A program made the translations under genes and the position numbers. A DNA stretch of 64,000 bases from a virus (lineage: Duplodnaviria > Caudoviricetes), in IMG/VR virus record IMGVR_UViG_3300028833_000118, positions 1 to 64,000 of that record; one strand, written 5' to 3'. Under the pieces are notes generated by a model. That model was not told the DNA's origin. It was given only the letters and a program-made list of their open reading frames with translations, and made no database searches. This document shows positions 47,455-57,444 of the stretch, in pieces (position 1 is the stretch's first letter; each line of letters starts with the position of its first letter).

Positions 47455-48345
47455 TTAAAGCCCCGTCTGTTTCGCCACAAAGTTCATTTTCTCGCCGGTT
47501 TTCTTGTTGATTCCCTTTCCGATTACACGAACATCAAAATCCCAACATTTTTTACCACCAAAAAAGTACGAATAATGTTTCACCTCAAATTGAACAATCC
47601 CCTTGAAATCCTTTATAAGAGCCGTCGTCCACTCTTTCTCAATATGATAATTGAATTCCGGGTTGTATTTCAGAACTTCATCCAGAGATACGACAGCCAC
47701 CATCCCCGCATCTGCACAGAATCTTCCAATAACCTCTTTACTCTCGGCATCGAACACGCTGCATGACCAATCCCCATAAATCGTGTCCCTCGCCATGTAA
47801 TGAATCAGCCCGAGCTCTTCAACATCCTCTCCATAATCGCTTCGCCCCCAATCCTCATCTTTGATGAAATAACACGGATCGGTAATGATGATATCCCCAT
47901 CAAACTCCATCGGTTCAGAATCCAGATACCGATCATAGTCCCGGCGATATTCCATCAACTCCTTAATTAACGGCTTCACATCTTTTTCTGCAACTAACAA
48001 CTTAAAAGCGAATTCACCCTTCTTTTTATTGTCATCTCCATACATCTCTTTGCGCTTTTCCCACACCTCAGATGTCGGCAAAAAGCACATTCCAAACCTT
48101 ACATTTTCATGCATCGCCTCAAATATGGACTTTAGCTCTTCATCCTCTAAGAAATTTGCTTTTTCCAAACGCTCGCAAATCTCAAAGATAACCGCATCTC
48201 TTTTTGCTTCCTGCTCTTTTTTCTTTTTCTCTACCCATCTCTTTTTCATTCTTTTTCCCCCCCTCAATACCGGTTGTGACAATACAGAACAATCGAATGA
48301 ATCGCCCCGGCAATTGCCTCTTCCAACGTGTGATAGTCGGCCCAC
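47455..48345 (-). CDS. Hypothetical protein
   Basis: IIITDPCY...DTIYGDWS...FCADAGMV is a recurrent phage motif; start probably MKKRW. Confidence 0.7.
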   Translation of the reverse strand: MGRLSHVGRGNCRGDSFDCSVLSQPVLRGGKRMKKRWVEKKKKEQEAKRDAVIFEICERLEKANFLEDEELKSIFEAMHENVRFGMCFLPTSEVWEKRKEMYGDDNKKKGEFAFKLLVAEKDVKPLIKELMEYRRDYDRYLDSEPMEFDGDIIITDPCYFIKDEDWGRSDYGEDVEELGLIHYMARDTIYGDWSCSVFDAESKEVIGRFCADAGMVAVVSLDEVLKYNPEFNYHIEKEWTTALIKDFKGIVQFEVKHYSYFFGGKKCWDFDVRVIGKGINKKTGEKMNFVAKQTGL

Positions 48346-48638
48346 CGATCCTCACCCACGAACAGAATCACACTATGTCCATGAGGTTCTACGCAACGAA
48401 CAATGATCCCGATGTTCTCATCTTCCTCGGCGGTCAGAACGAAATCTTTCTTCTCCCCAAGAAAATCCGTGTAACCCCATCCGAACTTCGCAGAACTCTT
48501 GTTGATCGCTCGAATCCTCCATGCCCAATTCTCATCGTGATTTCTCTCGAACCGGATCGCCTCACGAATCACACCCTTGTAATCCCTCAGATCAATCATC
48601 AATCCCGCTCTCCTTCTCAATCCAATCCCAAAGATCAT
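48264..48638 (-). CDS. Hypothetical protein
   Basis: Packed ORF. Confidence 0.55.
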   Translation of the reverse strand: MIFGIGLRRRAGLMIDLRDYKGVIREAIRFERNHDENWAWRIRAINKSSAKFGWGYTDFLGEKKDFVLTAEEDENIGIIVRCVEPHGHSVILFVGEDRWADYHTLEEAIAGAIHSIVLYCHNRY

Positions 48639-48936
48639 CCTCGAAACAGATATCCCGAAGGACTTTGTAGAGCTTATTCCCCTCTACCTTCGTGACCACT
48701 CGGTAGAACATATTGATCCTGTTCCGGTTCTCCACACGAACACGGCGGTTTTTCTCCTTCCAAGAGGTGTCCCACACAGGCTTCGGGCAATCACTCATCG
48801 GCCCTCGAACATCCTCATCAAGAGTCTCAAACACGATGCTCAGGCTTCCGACCTGAATCCTTCTGTTCTCTCTCCAGATTTCCATATCGCACCTCCTAAA
48901 AGCATCGCTTCTCCGGGGAAGAATTACCCTCCCCAC
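48592..48936 (-). CDS. Hypothetical protein
   Basis: Likely start MEIWRE after GGAGGTG. Confidence 0.55.
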   Translation of the reverse strand: MGRVILPRRSDAFRRCDMEIWRENRRIQVGSLSIVFETLDEDVRGPMSDCPKPVWDTSWKEKNRRVRVENRNRINMFYRVVTKVEGNKLYKVLRDICFEDDLWDWIEKESGIDD

Positions 48937-48943
48937 GATCCAA

Positions 48944-48997
48944 ATTATACCCGTTTTTCAATGCTTTTACAATTGACGATATTCACGTTTTTTCGTG
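48944..48997 (-). promoter_or_regulatory. sigmaA promoter with upstream CACG-N6-CGTG site
   Basis: TTGTAA-17-TATAAT; palindrome at 48984-48997, 11 nt upstream of the -35. Confidence 0.75.
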
Positions 48998-49020
48998 CTC
49001 TTTTTTGTGAATTGTTAACG

Positions 49021-50067
49021 TCACACGATCAGCAGGGCCGTTTCATTTACATCTTCGACAAACTCTTCAATCTTCTCCATATCCGGCGATTTTGGGAGCG
49101 ACGTATTCTTCTTCGCATACTCCAACCGCTTTTCATACTCATTGACCATATCAAAGAACTCCGGCATATATGTTCCATCCGGATTCATATACGCGCCATT
49201 TCGGATGCTCATCAACAGATCATGATCTTCCTCCCGGTAGGTCACGATCTCTTCTTTCTCCAGAATATCCAGACACATGAGGTAAAGGCGAATAAGGTGC
49301 ATGGCGTGCTTATTAAGATGCGCCTCGTCTTTCTTCTTGTTCCGCCCATTCAACTTCTCATATGTTCCGATCACATTCGTCATATCATTTATCATCGAAT
49401 TAAACTCTCTGGCGGGGAAATGCTTGAGGTTGATATCTGCGAACACCTCCCGATCCAGATAGTCCTTTTCGCTCTCATCTGTAAACAACCGAATAGATCC
49501 ATTCTTGAACGATGTATATTTCTTTTCGAACGCGGCAACCGAATTCTCCATAGACTTCTTCATATACTCTTCTCGCTTACCCTGCGGAAGTTTGTCCCGC
49601 GCTATGGCATTTTCAAGCCGTCTGAGCTGTTGATTCGCATATCCTCCAAACGACGCTACGGCACGCCTCGAAAGAAAGAGCTTTCGGTTCTCTCTCATCT
49701 TCTTTCCGATCACGCTGTCCATGATGTAGTGTTCCGGCTTGCATCCTAACATCTCAATCACATTCGGGTTGCAATTCAAAAGAAGCTGTACCAACTTATT
49801 GAATGAATACACGGTCGTGTCCGTCTCACTATTGACCACCTGTTCGAAATTGGTCAACCCCAGAATGTCCGAACGGCTATTTATCGCACATCCTCGAACA
49901 TCTACATCCGATCCCTCTGCATTCGTCCCATAGGCATGACTTCCACCCAATGTGAGAAAGATGATGCGGCCTTTTAGATGCTCATTCTCTCTCAGAAAAC
50001 TATATTTAGGCCCATTTACGAGCTCCTTGATTTCTTCAATCGTCATAACAACCTCCTGATCGGCCAC
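49021..50067 (-). CDS. RlaP/YcgL-like DNA polymerase beta superfamily nucleotidyltransferase
   Basis: GGSHAYGTNAEGSDVDVRG, NPNVIE and KHAMHLIRL motifs. Confidence 0.85.
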   Translation of the reverse strand: MADQEVVMTIEEIKELVNGPKYSFLRENEHLKGRIIFLTLGGSHAYGTNAEGSDVDVRGCAINSRSDILGLTNFEQVVNSETDTTVYSFNKLVQLLLNCNPNVIEMLGCKPEHYIMDSVIGKKMRENRKLFLSRRAVASFGGYANQQLRRLENAIARDKLPQGKREEYMKKSMENSVAAFEKKYTSFKNGSIRLFTDESEKDYLDREVFADINLKHFPAREFNSMINDMTNVIGTYEKLNGRNKKKDEAHLNKHAMHLIRLYLMCLDILEKEEIVTYREEDHDLLMSIRNGAYMNPDGTYMPEFFDMVNEYEKRLEYAKKNTSLPKSPDMEKIEEFVEDVNETALLIV

Positions 50068-50624
50068 TCAAACCCAAAATCTTTTCTCCGGATTTTGCAC
50101 ATCGGCTCCCCATCTTTCCAAAAAACAACACCCTCAATAGGCATCACAGAAAGATAATCCATGATACCATTAAACGTCCTTTCCACGCTGCACTCCACCC
50201 CACCATGCCTCACAAGTGTATCAAAATCCAACCCATACGGATTTCCACGAAAATGCTTTCCGATTGCCTCAAATGTCCAATCTGACAAATTCTCTCTACG
50301 TTCTTTGGCATTATCATACGCTGCCCAAAACCACTTATCTCCGGGCTCTTTTCTATCACACTTGACCCAATGAGGCCAATGCCCCGTTACCGGGTCGGGC
50401 TCGCAACAAGGGATGGCTCCTTCTGGCGGCTTTTTACCATGTTTCGCATCATACCTTTTATAAAACTCTCCATCAATGACAGCACAACATGCACCATCGA
50501 ACTTCACTGTTGCAATTCCTTCACCTTCTAAAACCCATTCCATGCCGGGCGCGACTTTATCAACTATTCCGATAAACTTATTTCCTTCAAAGATTCTTTC
50601 AAACAGAACGGGTAATTTCTTCAC
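50043..50624 (-). CDS. RNA ligase-like protein (DUF5565 type)
   Basis: ATVKFDG (KxDG), FE, EGVVF and CKIRRKDFG motifs. Confidence 0.65.
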   Translation of the reverse strand: MKKLPVLFERIFEGNKFIGIVDKVAPGMEWVLEGEGIATVKFDGACCAVIDGEFYKRYDAKHGKKPPEGAIPCCEPDPVTGHWPHWVKCDRKEPGDKWFWAAYDNAKERRENLSDWTFEAIGKHFRGNPYGLDFDTLVRHGGVECSVERTFNGIMDYLSVMPIEGVVFWKDGEPMCKIRRKDFGFEWPIRRLL

Positions 50625-51246
50625 GCTCTTCCTCCATCAGACCGCCAAACCGATTGTAGATCCGATCCACTTTCTGACTCAATTTCTTTCCAAGATAATC
50701 GACCTTCGCACGATCCCAAACCCTCTTGTTCGGGTCGATACCATAACCATAGACCACATTATAATGGTCTCCCTTATATGTCATCGAAAAGAGGAAAACC
50801 CTCTTCCCGATCTTCTTCGCATGAACATCAACGTCTGCATACTTTTTTCTCAGAGAACGCCACTTATCTTCCCAAACACTATCAATCTTTTCTCCGTCGA
50901 CCACTACCAGAAAATGCGTTTTATAGAAACAGACGGTCAGGTGCTTATCTCCGATATAAGCATAATAATTCCCATCTAACTTTCCCGAATATCCGCCAAG
51001 TTCTTTACCCCGGCAATCCGCAATAGCATAATCCCACACATCAGGGATAGGAGGATTATTGTACTTGTACAACGCTCTCCGACACACGCCACAATCCGAT
51101 CTTCCATCGTAGAGGCAATCACAATCCTCATACTTTAATCTCGGCACATCTACCCATCCGACCGCCTCTTGCATATCCATGAAAAGCTCACTATTTACAT
51201 GAGCTCCATTCTTGAAAACCACAGCGCCATAATCAATAGCCGCCAT
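50599..51246 (-). CDS. Hypothetical protein
   Basis: Packed ORF. Confidence 0.65.
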   Translation of the reverse strand: MAAIDYGAVVFKNGAHVNSELFMDMQEAVGWVDVPRLKYEDCDCLYDGRSDCGVCRRALYKYNNPPIPDVWDYAIADCRGKELGGYSGKLDGNYYAYIGDKHLTVCFYKTHFLVVVDGEKIDSVWEDKWRSLRKKYADVDVHAKKIGKRVFLFSMTYKGDHYNVVYGYGIDPNKRVWDRAKVDYLGKKLSQKVDRIYNRFGGLMEEEREEITRSV

Positions 51247-51258
51247 CTTTACTCCCCC

Positions 51259-51621
51259 TTAAAACAATGACACTTGCCCATATTCTTCTACCTCATAGCC
51301 GCCCAGATGCTTCATGTTCTGGTCAAACCATTCCTTAAACGATTCCCAATTCTCGAACATTTCTTTTTTCTCGGTACAGAACCCTCGACCGCTATAATCG
51401 CCTTTCCCCCAATGATCTTCCTGAAACCCTATCAGATAATCTTTGCCGTGCCAGACCTCATCTGCCAGACTTTTATCCACGAACCGACCATCTATCCTTA
51501 CCGAAAAAACTCTCCCGCCAGACTTGATTTCAGACTTAAAATCGAATGCCTCTTCCTTGTCTGCACGATCCTTCATTTTCTCAAAATCCGCGGGCTTTAC
51601 CCAGCTTCTTATGTTTGCCAT
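51259..51621 (-). CDS. Hypothetical protein
   Basis: Packed ORF. Confidence 0.6.
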   Translation of the reverse strand: MANIRSWVKPADFEKMKDRADKEEAFDFKSEIKSGGRVFSVRIDGRFVDKSLADEVWHGKDYLIGFQEDHWGKGDYSGRGFCTEKKEMFENWESFKEWFDQNMKHLGGYEVEEYGQVSLF

Positions 51622-51622
51622 A

Positions 51623-52219
51623 TCAAGAATGAAACTCGAATTTCACGAGCCACTTTACCGTTCCGCTATGCTTTTCCTGCTCTTCTTTGATCTTCTCTAT
51701 GATTTTCATCTGCTTATTGTGATACCCTTCAAGAGCCTTTTTCGTTGTTTCCGACCTCAGATCATTCCGGCACAGCGGACAACATTCTCCAACAATCAGA
51801 TTTCTTTTCAATCTCGAACCGCACTTCTGGCACCCGATATATTCTGCCTTGAGGTTCTTGATAGAATGCTCACTCTCATACTTAGAGATCTTCAAGACCG
51901 TTTCCGAAAACCGTTTCTGCAGATCCTCTATCTTTTTCGTCACGACTTGGCTATTATCGAAATACCTTACCGCATGATCGTCATACCACCCTCTGTCGTG
52001 TTCCTGAATCCACTTTTCGGCCTCATCCCTATTCTTTAACGGTTGTACCTCATCATGCCACTTGATTGGGCCACTATACCCGTCTCCCTCTCTTTCGGCA
52101 TAACCTTCGACCTCGGCCATTACCATACCCCGGTCGCATTCCTCTTCATAACTCCAATACTGAATGTTGTGCATCCTCTTTCCCCTTACCGAACACCACA
52201 TCAAAGATTCCTTTTTCAT
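51623..52219 (-). CDS. Hypothetical zinc-ribbon protein
   Basis: CQKCGS...CPLC. Confidence 0.65.
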   Translation of the reverse strand: MKKESLMWCSVRGKRMHNIQYWSYEEECDRGMVMAEVEGYAEREGDGYSGPIKWHDEVQPLKNRDEAEKWIQEHDRGWYDDHAVRYFDNSQVVTKKIEDLQKRFSETVLKISKYESEHSIKNLKAEYIGCQKCGSRLKRNLIVGECCPLCRNDLRSETTKKALEGYHNKQMKIIEKIKEEQEKHSGTVKWLVKFEFHS

Positions 52220-52586
52220 TCAACGTCGGAAAGAACCCTCTGAGGTATTCCTGATACTCTTTTGAGGTCTCCCGAATCTTCCCACCCATGATTTTGTCAA
52301 AATCCTCTCTCCACTTCTCAGGGACTCTAAAGACATACGTTGCATAGGTACTATCGAAATCATCGTCATAGCTGGTCACGAAATTCGGGTCTTTATAAAG
52401 TTCCTCTTCCCCATATCCGCAACCCCGGTTCCCACCGCCGACGCGGGTGTAGATTTCAATTTCCTCTCCGCTTTCCGACACGAAGCAATCCCGAAACCGG
52501 GGCCACTCATCCTGCTTTCTCCCGAGCATAGGCATGATAAACACACACGCCGGGTTAAACCCATTCACCATGTTATACAGACTCAT
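52146..52586 (-). CDS. Hypothetical protein
   Basis: RFRDC...YTRVGGGNR...DDFDSTYA. Confidence 0.65.
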   Translation of the reverse strand: MSLYNMVNGFNPACVFIMPMLGRKQDEWPRFRDCFVSESGEEIEIYTRVGGGNRGCGYGEEELYKDPNFVTSYDDDFDSTYATYVFRVPEKWREDFDKIMGGKIRETSKEYQEYLRGFFPTLNEKGIFDVVFGKGKEDAQHSVLEL

Positions 52587-52594
52587 ATTTCACC

Positions 52595-53266
52595 TCACCA
52601 AGAACTACTGTAATAAATCATTTCTTTCTCAAAATCCGTCTCTTTGAGAATCTTCGTCATCACCTCATAGGTGTACTTGATATCCTCCATATACCACTCA
52701 TCATACTCTGTGCTTCCAAAGAAATATCCATCCTCACACGGCAGATATTTCTCGCAGATCTCTTTGTTGAGAACATACCTCCCATTTTCCCAATTCCAGA
52801 TCTTCTCGCCGTTCTCACCGATCTTATATCCATTCTTTACCTTCCCATCTACCAGAACGGCGCTTTCCAGAATCTTCTCGCAACGGTTAATCAGATCTTT
52901 GATCTTTTCCTCCGTTACCTCATCATGATATTCGCAATCATCCACACCATCCTGCACAGTGTCCACAAACCACTTATGAATCTCATTCGCCTTGCGCCAA
53001 TACGCAATGCTGTCATAATTTGCCATATGAGGCCACCGATGCTTTTTATCCCACACATAATATCGGATAGAACACATACCCTTCATCTTCTCGAAATCCT
53101 TGCCCTTCGGCAAATCTTCCTCTTCAACGCCACACCATTTGGTGAAGGTATGCCCCCTTGCCTTATCATCCTGCTCCCAATCGGCATATTCGCTGACATT
53201 GCAAAAATCCTTCGGCCCATAATGCTTATACCGAGGAAACCGCTCCAGATACATATCAAGCCCCAT
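52595..53266 (-). CDS. Conserved phage hypothetical protein
   Basis: MGLDMYL...YWRKANEIHKWF...YFFGSTEYDEWY...YYSSSW. Confidence 0.75.
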   Translation of the reverse strand: MGLDMYLERFPRYKHYGPKDFCNVSEYADWEQDDKARGHTFTKWCGVEEEDLPKGKDFEKMKGMCSIRYYVWDKKHRWPHMANYDSIAYWRKANEIHKWFVDTVQDGVDDCEYHDEVTEEKIKDLINRCEKILESAVLVDGKVKNGYKIGENGEKIWNWENGRYVLNKEICEKYLPCEDGYFFGSTEYDEWYMEDIKYTYEVMTKILKETDFEKEMIYYSSSW

Positions 53267-53268
53267 TG

Positions 53269-53604
53269 TTATTCAACCTCCTTAAACCATTTGTCGTAAT
53301 CATCCGCAGGGCAATACCCGGCGATACTCTCAAAGAACTCTTTGCCCTTCCGCAGCTTTCTTTCACAGACCTTTTCATCCGGGTCATCACACTTCACGAT
53401 CACACACCCATACCCGGAAGGCGCGGGAAGAATCTCAATCTCATAATCCATGACCTCGGAAAACTCTTTTTCTCCCTCTTCGGTCAGCTCCATAGGCCCA
53501 CAGAAAGCGATTGCAATTTCCTCGCAAACATCGTCATACACATCAATGTCCCCATCCATTTTCAGCAGATCACGAACCTTCATTCTTCTTCCTCCTCTTC
53601 CCAA
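53269..53604 (-). CDS. Hypothetical protein
   Basis: Packed ORF. Confidence 0.6.
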   Translation of the reverse strand: MGRGGRRMKVRDLLKMDGDIDVYDDVCEEIAIAFCGPMELTEEGEKEFSEVMDYEIEILPAPSGYGCVIVKCDDPDEKVCERKLRKGKEFFESIAGYCPADDYDKWFKEVE

Positions 53605-54029
53605 TACTCTTCCTCATCATCCTCATCCTCATAGTGGGTATCTTCCCACTCTCGACAATCCCACATGTCCTCATCATTCTTCTCATTGAACAAATCCGGG
53701 TTCTTCTCCAGATAATCCACAATGAGCTCTTCCAGAACATTCAGGCCCGCATCATAGACCTTTTCAGAATAGCAACCCCAGATCCCCCAAACGGCATCAG
53801 CGATCTCATCCGGGCACTTATTCATCAAATACCGGGCGGCAGCATTACACGTCTCATTCCCATATCCAACGCCCACTTGATCGCCATCATTAAACCAACG
53901 ATAACCGATCCGGCAGATGGCCCGAACGATCTCTCCACCGACGGTATCGGCCTTACCGCTCATCGGAACATACTGCTCAAACATCTCATTGATCTTCTTC
54001 ATCGCAACCGTTTCATCAAACATTCTCAA
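53580..54029 (-). CDS. Hypothetical protein
   Basis: G.ADTVGGEIVRA..RIGYRWFNDGD. Confidence 0.65.
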   Translation of the reverse strand: MRMFDETVAMKKINEMFEQYVPMSGKADTVGGEIVRAICRIGYRWFNDGDQVGVGYGNETCNAAARYLMNKCPDEIADAVWGIWGCYSEKVYDAGLNVLEELIVDYLEKNPDLFNEKNDEDMWDCREWEDTHYEDEDDEEEYWEEEEEE

Positions 54030-54080
54030 ACCCTCCCTTGAGCTTCAAGCACTTTATTCAAATAAACATCCGGACAAAAA

Positions 54081-54359
54081 TTAAGTCACACTGAAACGGC
54101 GACCTTTGACTTCCTTCACATATTCGGCATACATCTCAGGCTCCGCCTTTCTGAACCCGGTGCTGTCGAAACGCTGAGACACATAAGGAGTCCAACGAAC
54201 AACACGGTTTCCAACCTCAAGCTCCGTCACGCCGCGCCGATCCATCTCGCCCTTCATCTCATTCTCAAGGCGTTCCTTGCGGGCCTTAATCTCTTTCTCA
54301 AGAACTTCGACCTCATCCCATTCGATCAACTTACGCATCAGGCTCTTTTTGTTAATCAT
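54081..54359 (-). CDS. Hypothetical protein
   Basis: ATG 54359 with GGAGG RBS; RFDSTGFRK...Y pattern. Confidence 0.65.
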   Translation of the reverse strand: MINKKSLMRKLIEWDEVEVLEKEIKARKERLENEMKGEMDRRGVTELEVGNRVVRWTPYVSQRFDSTGFRKAEPEMYAEYVKEVKGRRFSVT

Positions 54360-54410
54360 TCCGATGCCTCCTATCTCAAACATCTCACTAACTCTCCCGA
54401 TCACGCCATA

Positions 54411-54439
54411 ATAATACCAAATGCTTTATTTAGTGTCTA
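54411..54439 (-). promoter_or_regulatory. sigmaA promoter
   Basis: TAGACA-17-TATTAT; only a half-site of the CACG-N6-CGTG box lies upstream. Confidence 0.6.
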
Positions 54440-54481
54440 TTGACTTTATTAACGTAAATATCCCGTCATTGTTGTTCATTG

Positions 54482-54697
54482 TTAACAAACTCTCATTTTC
54501 TCTGAAACCTCATACCTTTTCACAAGTATGCTGGGCTCTTTTTCTCTTCCCAATTTCTTAAATGATCCATCGATATACTCATACAGATAATACCATTCCC
54601 TCGCCGCCTTGCTTGTAACAATGAACAATAATTCTCCCTTTTTATTATAATAACCCGCCCAGACGATTTCACCGGGCGGGTATTTCACTTTTTCCAA
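54482..54697 (-). CDS. Hypothetical protein
   Basis: Packed ORF. Confidence 0.55.
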   Translation of the reverse strand: MEKVKYPPGEIVWAGYYNKKGELLFIVTSKAAREWYYLYEYIDGSFKKLGREKEPSILVKRYEVSEKMRVC

Positions 54698-54897
54698 TAT
54701 TCTCCTCCTGTCACTAGATCTCTGACCTCTTCATACGTCATGTTCGGAACGACACAATTTTCTTCATAATCTCCGAGGTCTATTACAATGTTCCCCTCAT
54801 ACTCATACACGCTCTGGATATAATCTACATTCACCAGAATCGGTTTATTACTAACTGCCCCATTCACTTCAATCCATTTCATTCTCTTGTCCTTCAT
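54685..54897 (-). CDS. Hypothetical protein
   Basis: Packed ORF. Confidence 0.55.
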   Translation of the reverse strand: MKDKRMKWIEVNGAVSNKPILVNVDYIQSVYEYEGNIVIDLGDYEENCVVPNMTYEEVRDLVTGGEYWKK

Positions 54898-55331
54898 TCA
54901 ATTATTCCCCACTCGCGCCAAAGCTCATGTACTTTTTTCCTCTTTTTAGCCTCTACAGCAAGACGATCATTACCATTATCATCTTCCATATCCTCTATTG
55001 CGATATACGCCGAAGGTCTTACCGCACTGTCATCCCAATACTCGTTGGCAAAGATCTTCCTTGTATCTTCATATCCCCATGCTTCAAGGACTTCCGGCAA
55101 ATTCTCATTCACCGCATCGAACTCCAGACCATGCAATCTGCACCACGCAACGGCGGCAGCTAACTCATCCCCACTTCTGCAAGTCCACAGAATGATCTTA
55201 TCGCCATTTTCTTTCCTGCTCTTGACCATATCCATTACCGGCTTGTTTACTGGCCCCACATCGGGCCAATCTCCCAAAGACAAGGTTTTATCGAAATCCA
55301 CGGCGATAATCATATCTCTTCGATCTCCCAA
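54894..55331 (-). CDS. HAD-superfamily phosphatase-like protein
   Basis: IIAVDFDKTL, ILWTCR and YWDD motifs. Confidence 0.75.
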   Translation of the reverse strand: MGDRRDMIIAVDFDKTLSLGDWPDVGPVNKPVMDMVKSRKENGDKIILWTCRSGDELAAAVAWCRLHGLEFDAVNENLPEVLEAWGYEDTRKIFANEYWDDSAVRPSAYIAIEDMEDDNGNDRLAVEAKKRKKVHELWREWGIIE

Positions 55332-55582
55332 TCTTTCTCGGCATACATAGTTTTTCTCATATCACTTGTGGAAAGTTCACCGAATAAATGACATTTCATA
55401 TTCTTTATGAACCTCTCATTAAAGAAATCCAACCACTCATCTGACATATCACAATCACACCCTATTGTATATATCATCACATCCATAAAATCTCTCCTAC
55501 CTTCATACAGGCCCTTTTGGTACGCCTTATCAACATCCGCCTGTGTACGAGGGATTTTATTCGGGTTTGTTTTCTTTCCCAT
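55310..55582 (-). CDS. Hypothetical protein
   Basis: Packed ORF. Confidence 0.55.
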   Translation of the reverse strand: MGKKTNPNKIPRTQADVDKAYQKGLYEGRRDFMDVMIYTIGCDCDMSDEWLDFFNERFIKNMKCHLFGELSTSDMRKTMYAEKDWEIEEI

Positions 55583-55586
55583 CCTT

Positions 55587-55796
55587 TTACATCTCCAGAT
55601 TCAAGAATTTCTTGTCCAAATCTACATGAAGCCTATGTCTCTCATTCCAACAATCATTACACAACTCGCACCGATAACCGACAAACCAGATCTCACCATC
55701 CTCATCCCTCTCTGTGAAACAATCATCTGTCATCATTTCATTTGTCGGCAAATACGTGATATCTTTCCCGCAATGGTCACAGAATATCTTCCTCAT
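55587..55796 (-). CDS. Small zinc-binding protein
   Basis: FCDHCGK...ELCNDC. Confidence 0.6.
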   Translation of the reverse strand: MRKIFCDHCGKDITYLPTNEMMTDDCFTERDEDGEIWFVGYRCELCNDCWNERHRLHVDLDKKFLNLEM

Positions 55797-55804
55797 AATT
55801 CACC

Positions 55805-56215
55805 TCAAAACACGGTATACTCATCCGTGTTCAACATCTTCAATTCCTCAAAACCATCATACTCAGAAATGCGAAACGGTTCTCCCTTCACCACCCACTT
55901 TAATACAAGATTCTTGAAACCTCCAAAATACACACCTTTATAACCCCAACTATTAAACAACTCTTCCGCCTTGCTTGCTTCCTCCCCAAAAAGCAGATCA
56001 TCCTTTTTGTGATTCAGCCAATACTCAATCACCCTTTTGTCATACGCCAACTGCGGACAATTCCACGTAGACCAACCCGCACCGAATCCGGGGCTTACAA
56101 GGACTCCGACCTTTCCATTTTTCTGATACAACTCAGTTCCTTTATAGAACATCGAAATTCCCCCTGTCTTAAATAACTCCTTTATATGTTCTCCACGTGG
56201 GTACATAACTATCAT
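55805..56215 (-). CDS. Conserved phage hypothetical protein
   Basis: VLVSPGFGAGWSTWN...FRISEYDGFE. Confidence 0.7.
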   Translation of the reverse strand: MIVMYPRGEHIKELFKTGGISMFYKGTELYQKNGKVGVLVSPGFGAGWSTWNCPQLAYDKRVIEYWLNHKKDDLLFGEEASKAEELFNSWGYKGVYFGGFKNLVLKWVVKGEPFRISEYDGFEELKMLNTDEYTVF

Positions 56216-56795
56216 CCGCCTGATCTCCCCACATATCCCATCCTTCTCTCATTCCTCTGGCAAACAATTCAATGTACGGCCCCGCAGAACACTTTTCAAT
56301 GATCGAAATAACCTCATCCGGTTTTCTCGAATGTTCCCTTTTCTGTGCTCTCACAATATTCACTTGCGAACGCGCAGGGGCCAACGTCCTATTGGGTGCT
56401 CCCTTGATTCCGAACAAAAGAATCTCCGTGACATTCCTGAAATAGAACCCTACACCCCTTCCATCCGGCAAACCATCTTTTCTTACCTTCTCCCATATTA
56501 TGTTTCCTTTATACTGAAACCCCCATGCTTCCATCACCCTTAAGCCATCAGGCAACAGCGCATTCGGAACCCATAGATACAAATGCGCTTTTTCTGCGGC
56601 AATCTCTTCGACCGGCAAACCCATGATCTCTTCCATCGAAAGCGTATTATACCTATTTAATCTCTTGTGTTCCGGGGCGATCTTCCCCGTTCGGTTTTGA
56701 AATCTCCATGGAGGGTCGACTAAAATCGTTCGGTATTTTTCCCCCCCACAGAAATTCAACAAACTCTCATTCGTTTCAATCCCCATGCAACTCAA
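56169..56795 (-). CDS. MT-A70 family adenine methyltransferase
   Basis: ILVDPPW, HLYLW, HSRKP and ELFAR motifs. Confidence 0.92.
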   Translation of the reverse strand: MSCMGIETNESLLNFCGGEKYRTILVDPPWRFQNRTGKIAPEHKRLNRYNTLSMEEIMGLPVEEIAAEKAHLYLWVPNALLPDGLRVMEAWGFQYKGNIIWEKVRKDGLPDGRGVGFYFRNVTEILLFGIKGAPNRTLAPARSQVNIVRAQKREHSRKPDEVISIIEKCSAGPYIELFARGMREGWDMWGDQADDSYVPTWRTYKGVI

Positions 56796-57052
56796 AACCC
56801 TTCTTTCCTCTCATGCCTCTCATCATCCGACTCCAACCCCTGTATCGTTTCCTGCAACTTCAAGCAAAGATTACTCAGATCCATCCGACTCTTTTGCAGA
56901 TATTCGATGGCATCAGCGGCTTCGCGCATAGTCTTTAATGTTGTATACGGTACGCACGTCTCAGAGCGCAGTTGCTTTACCAATTCGGCATAATCCATCA
57001 ATCCACCTTCTTCCACTCTCGATTTTTTTGATCTAACAGACTCAGCTTCCAC
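56792..57052 (-). CDS. Hypothetical protein
   Basis: YAELVKQLR...EAADAIE motif. Confidence 0.55.
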   Translation of the reverse strand: MEAESVRSKKSRVEEGGLMDYAELVKQLRSETCVPYTTLKTMREAADAIEYLQKSRMDLSNLCLKLQETIQGLESDDERHERKEGF

Positions 57053-57180
57053 TCACGCCACTTCGGATCTGCTTCGGTGCAGTACATGCAGGTGCGCTCA
57101 TCGACGCCCCATCTCTCATTCGGATGAAGTGAGCACATCGTAATAGATGCATTCCCATCTCGCTCAAAATACATAGGCAT
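56998..57180 (-). CDS. Hypothetical Cys-containing protein
   Basis: Packed ORF. Confidence 0.45.
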   Translation of the reverse strand: MPMYFERDGNASITMCSLHPNERWGVDERTCMYCTEADPKWREWKLSLLDQKNREWKKVD

Positions 57181-57264
57181 ATCCGACGGCTCTTAATGTT
57201 CCATCCTTTTCTTCCTCATACTTCGTATACAGAGACAACCCTGTATTGTCACTACCGATCTCAC

Positions 57265-57444
57265 TCATTTCAATTCCTCTACATACATCCAACTCATCGG
57301 CGGACGCTTCACCTGATACTTCCAATCCGCTGTCGCTCCACAATATGGGAATCTCTTACAATTGGTACTGCAATACGGCTTCTGGCACACCACCCAAAAA
57401 TCTTCCAACTTTTTCGGCACATCTTCGGTCGCATCCTTTTCTTG
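57265..57444 (-). pseudogene. Start-less 3' remnant of an ASCH-like gene
   Basis: Open frame ...PKKLEDF...C...RPPMSWMYVEELK* with no credible start; matching N-terminal remnant MGQAVLLSVRP at 58543-58511. Confidence 0.5.
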
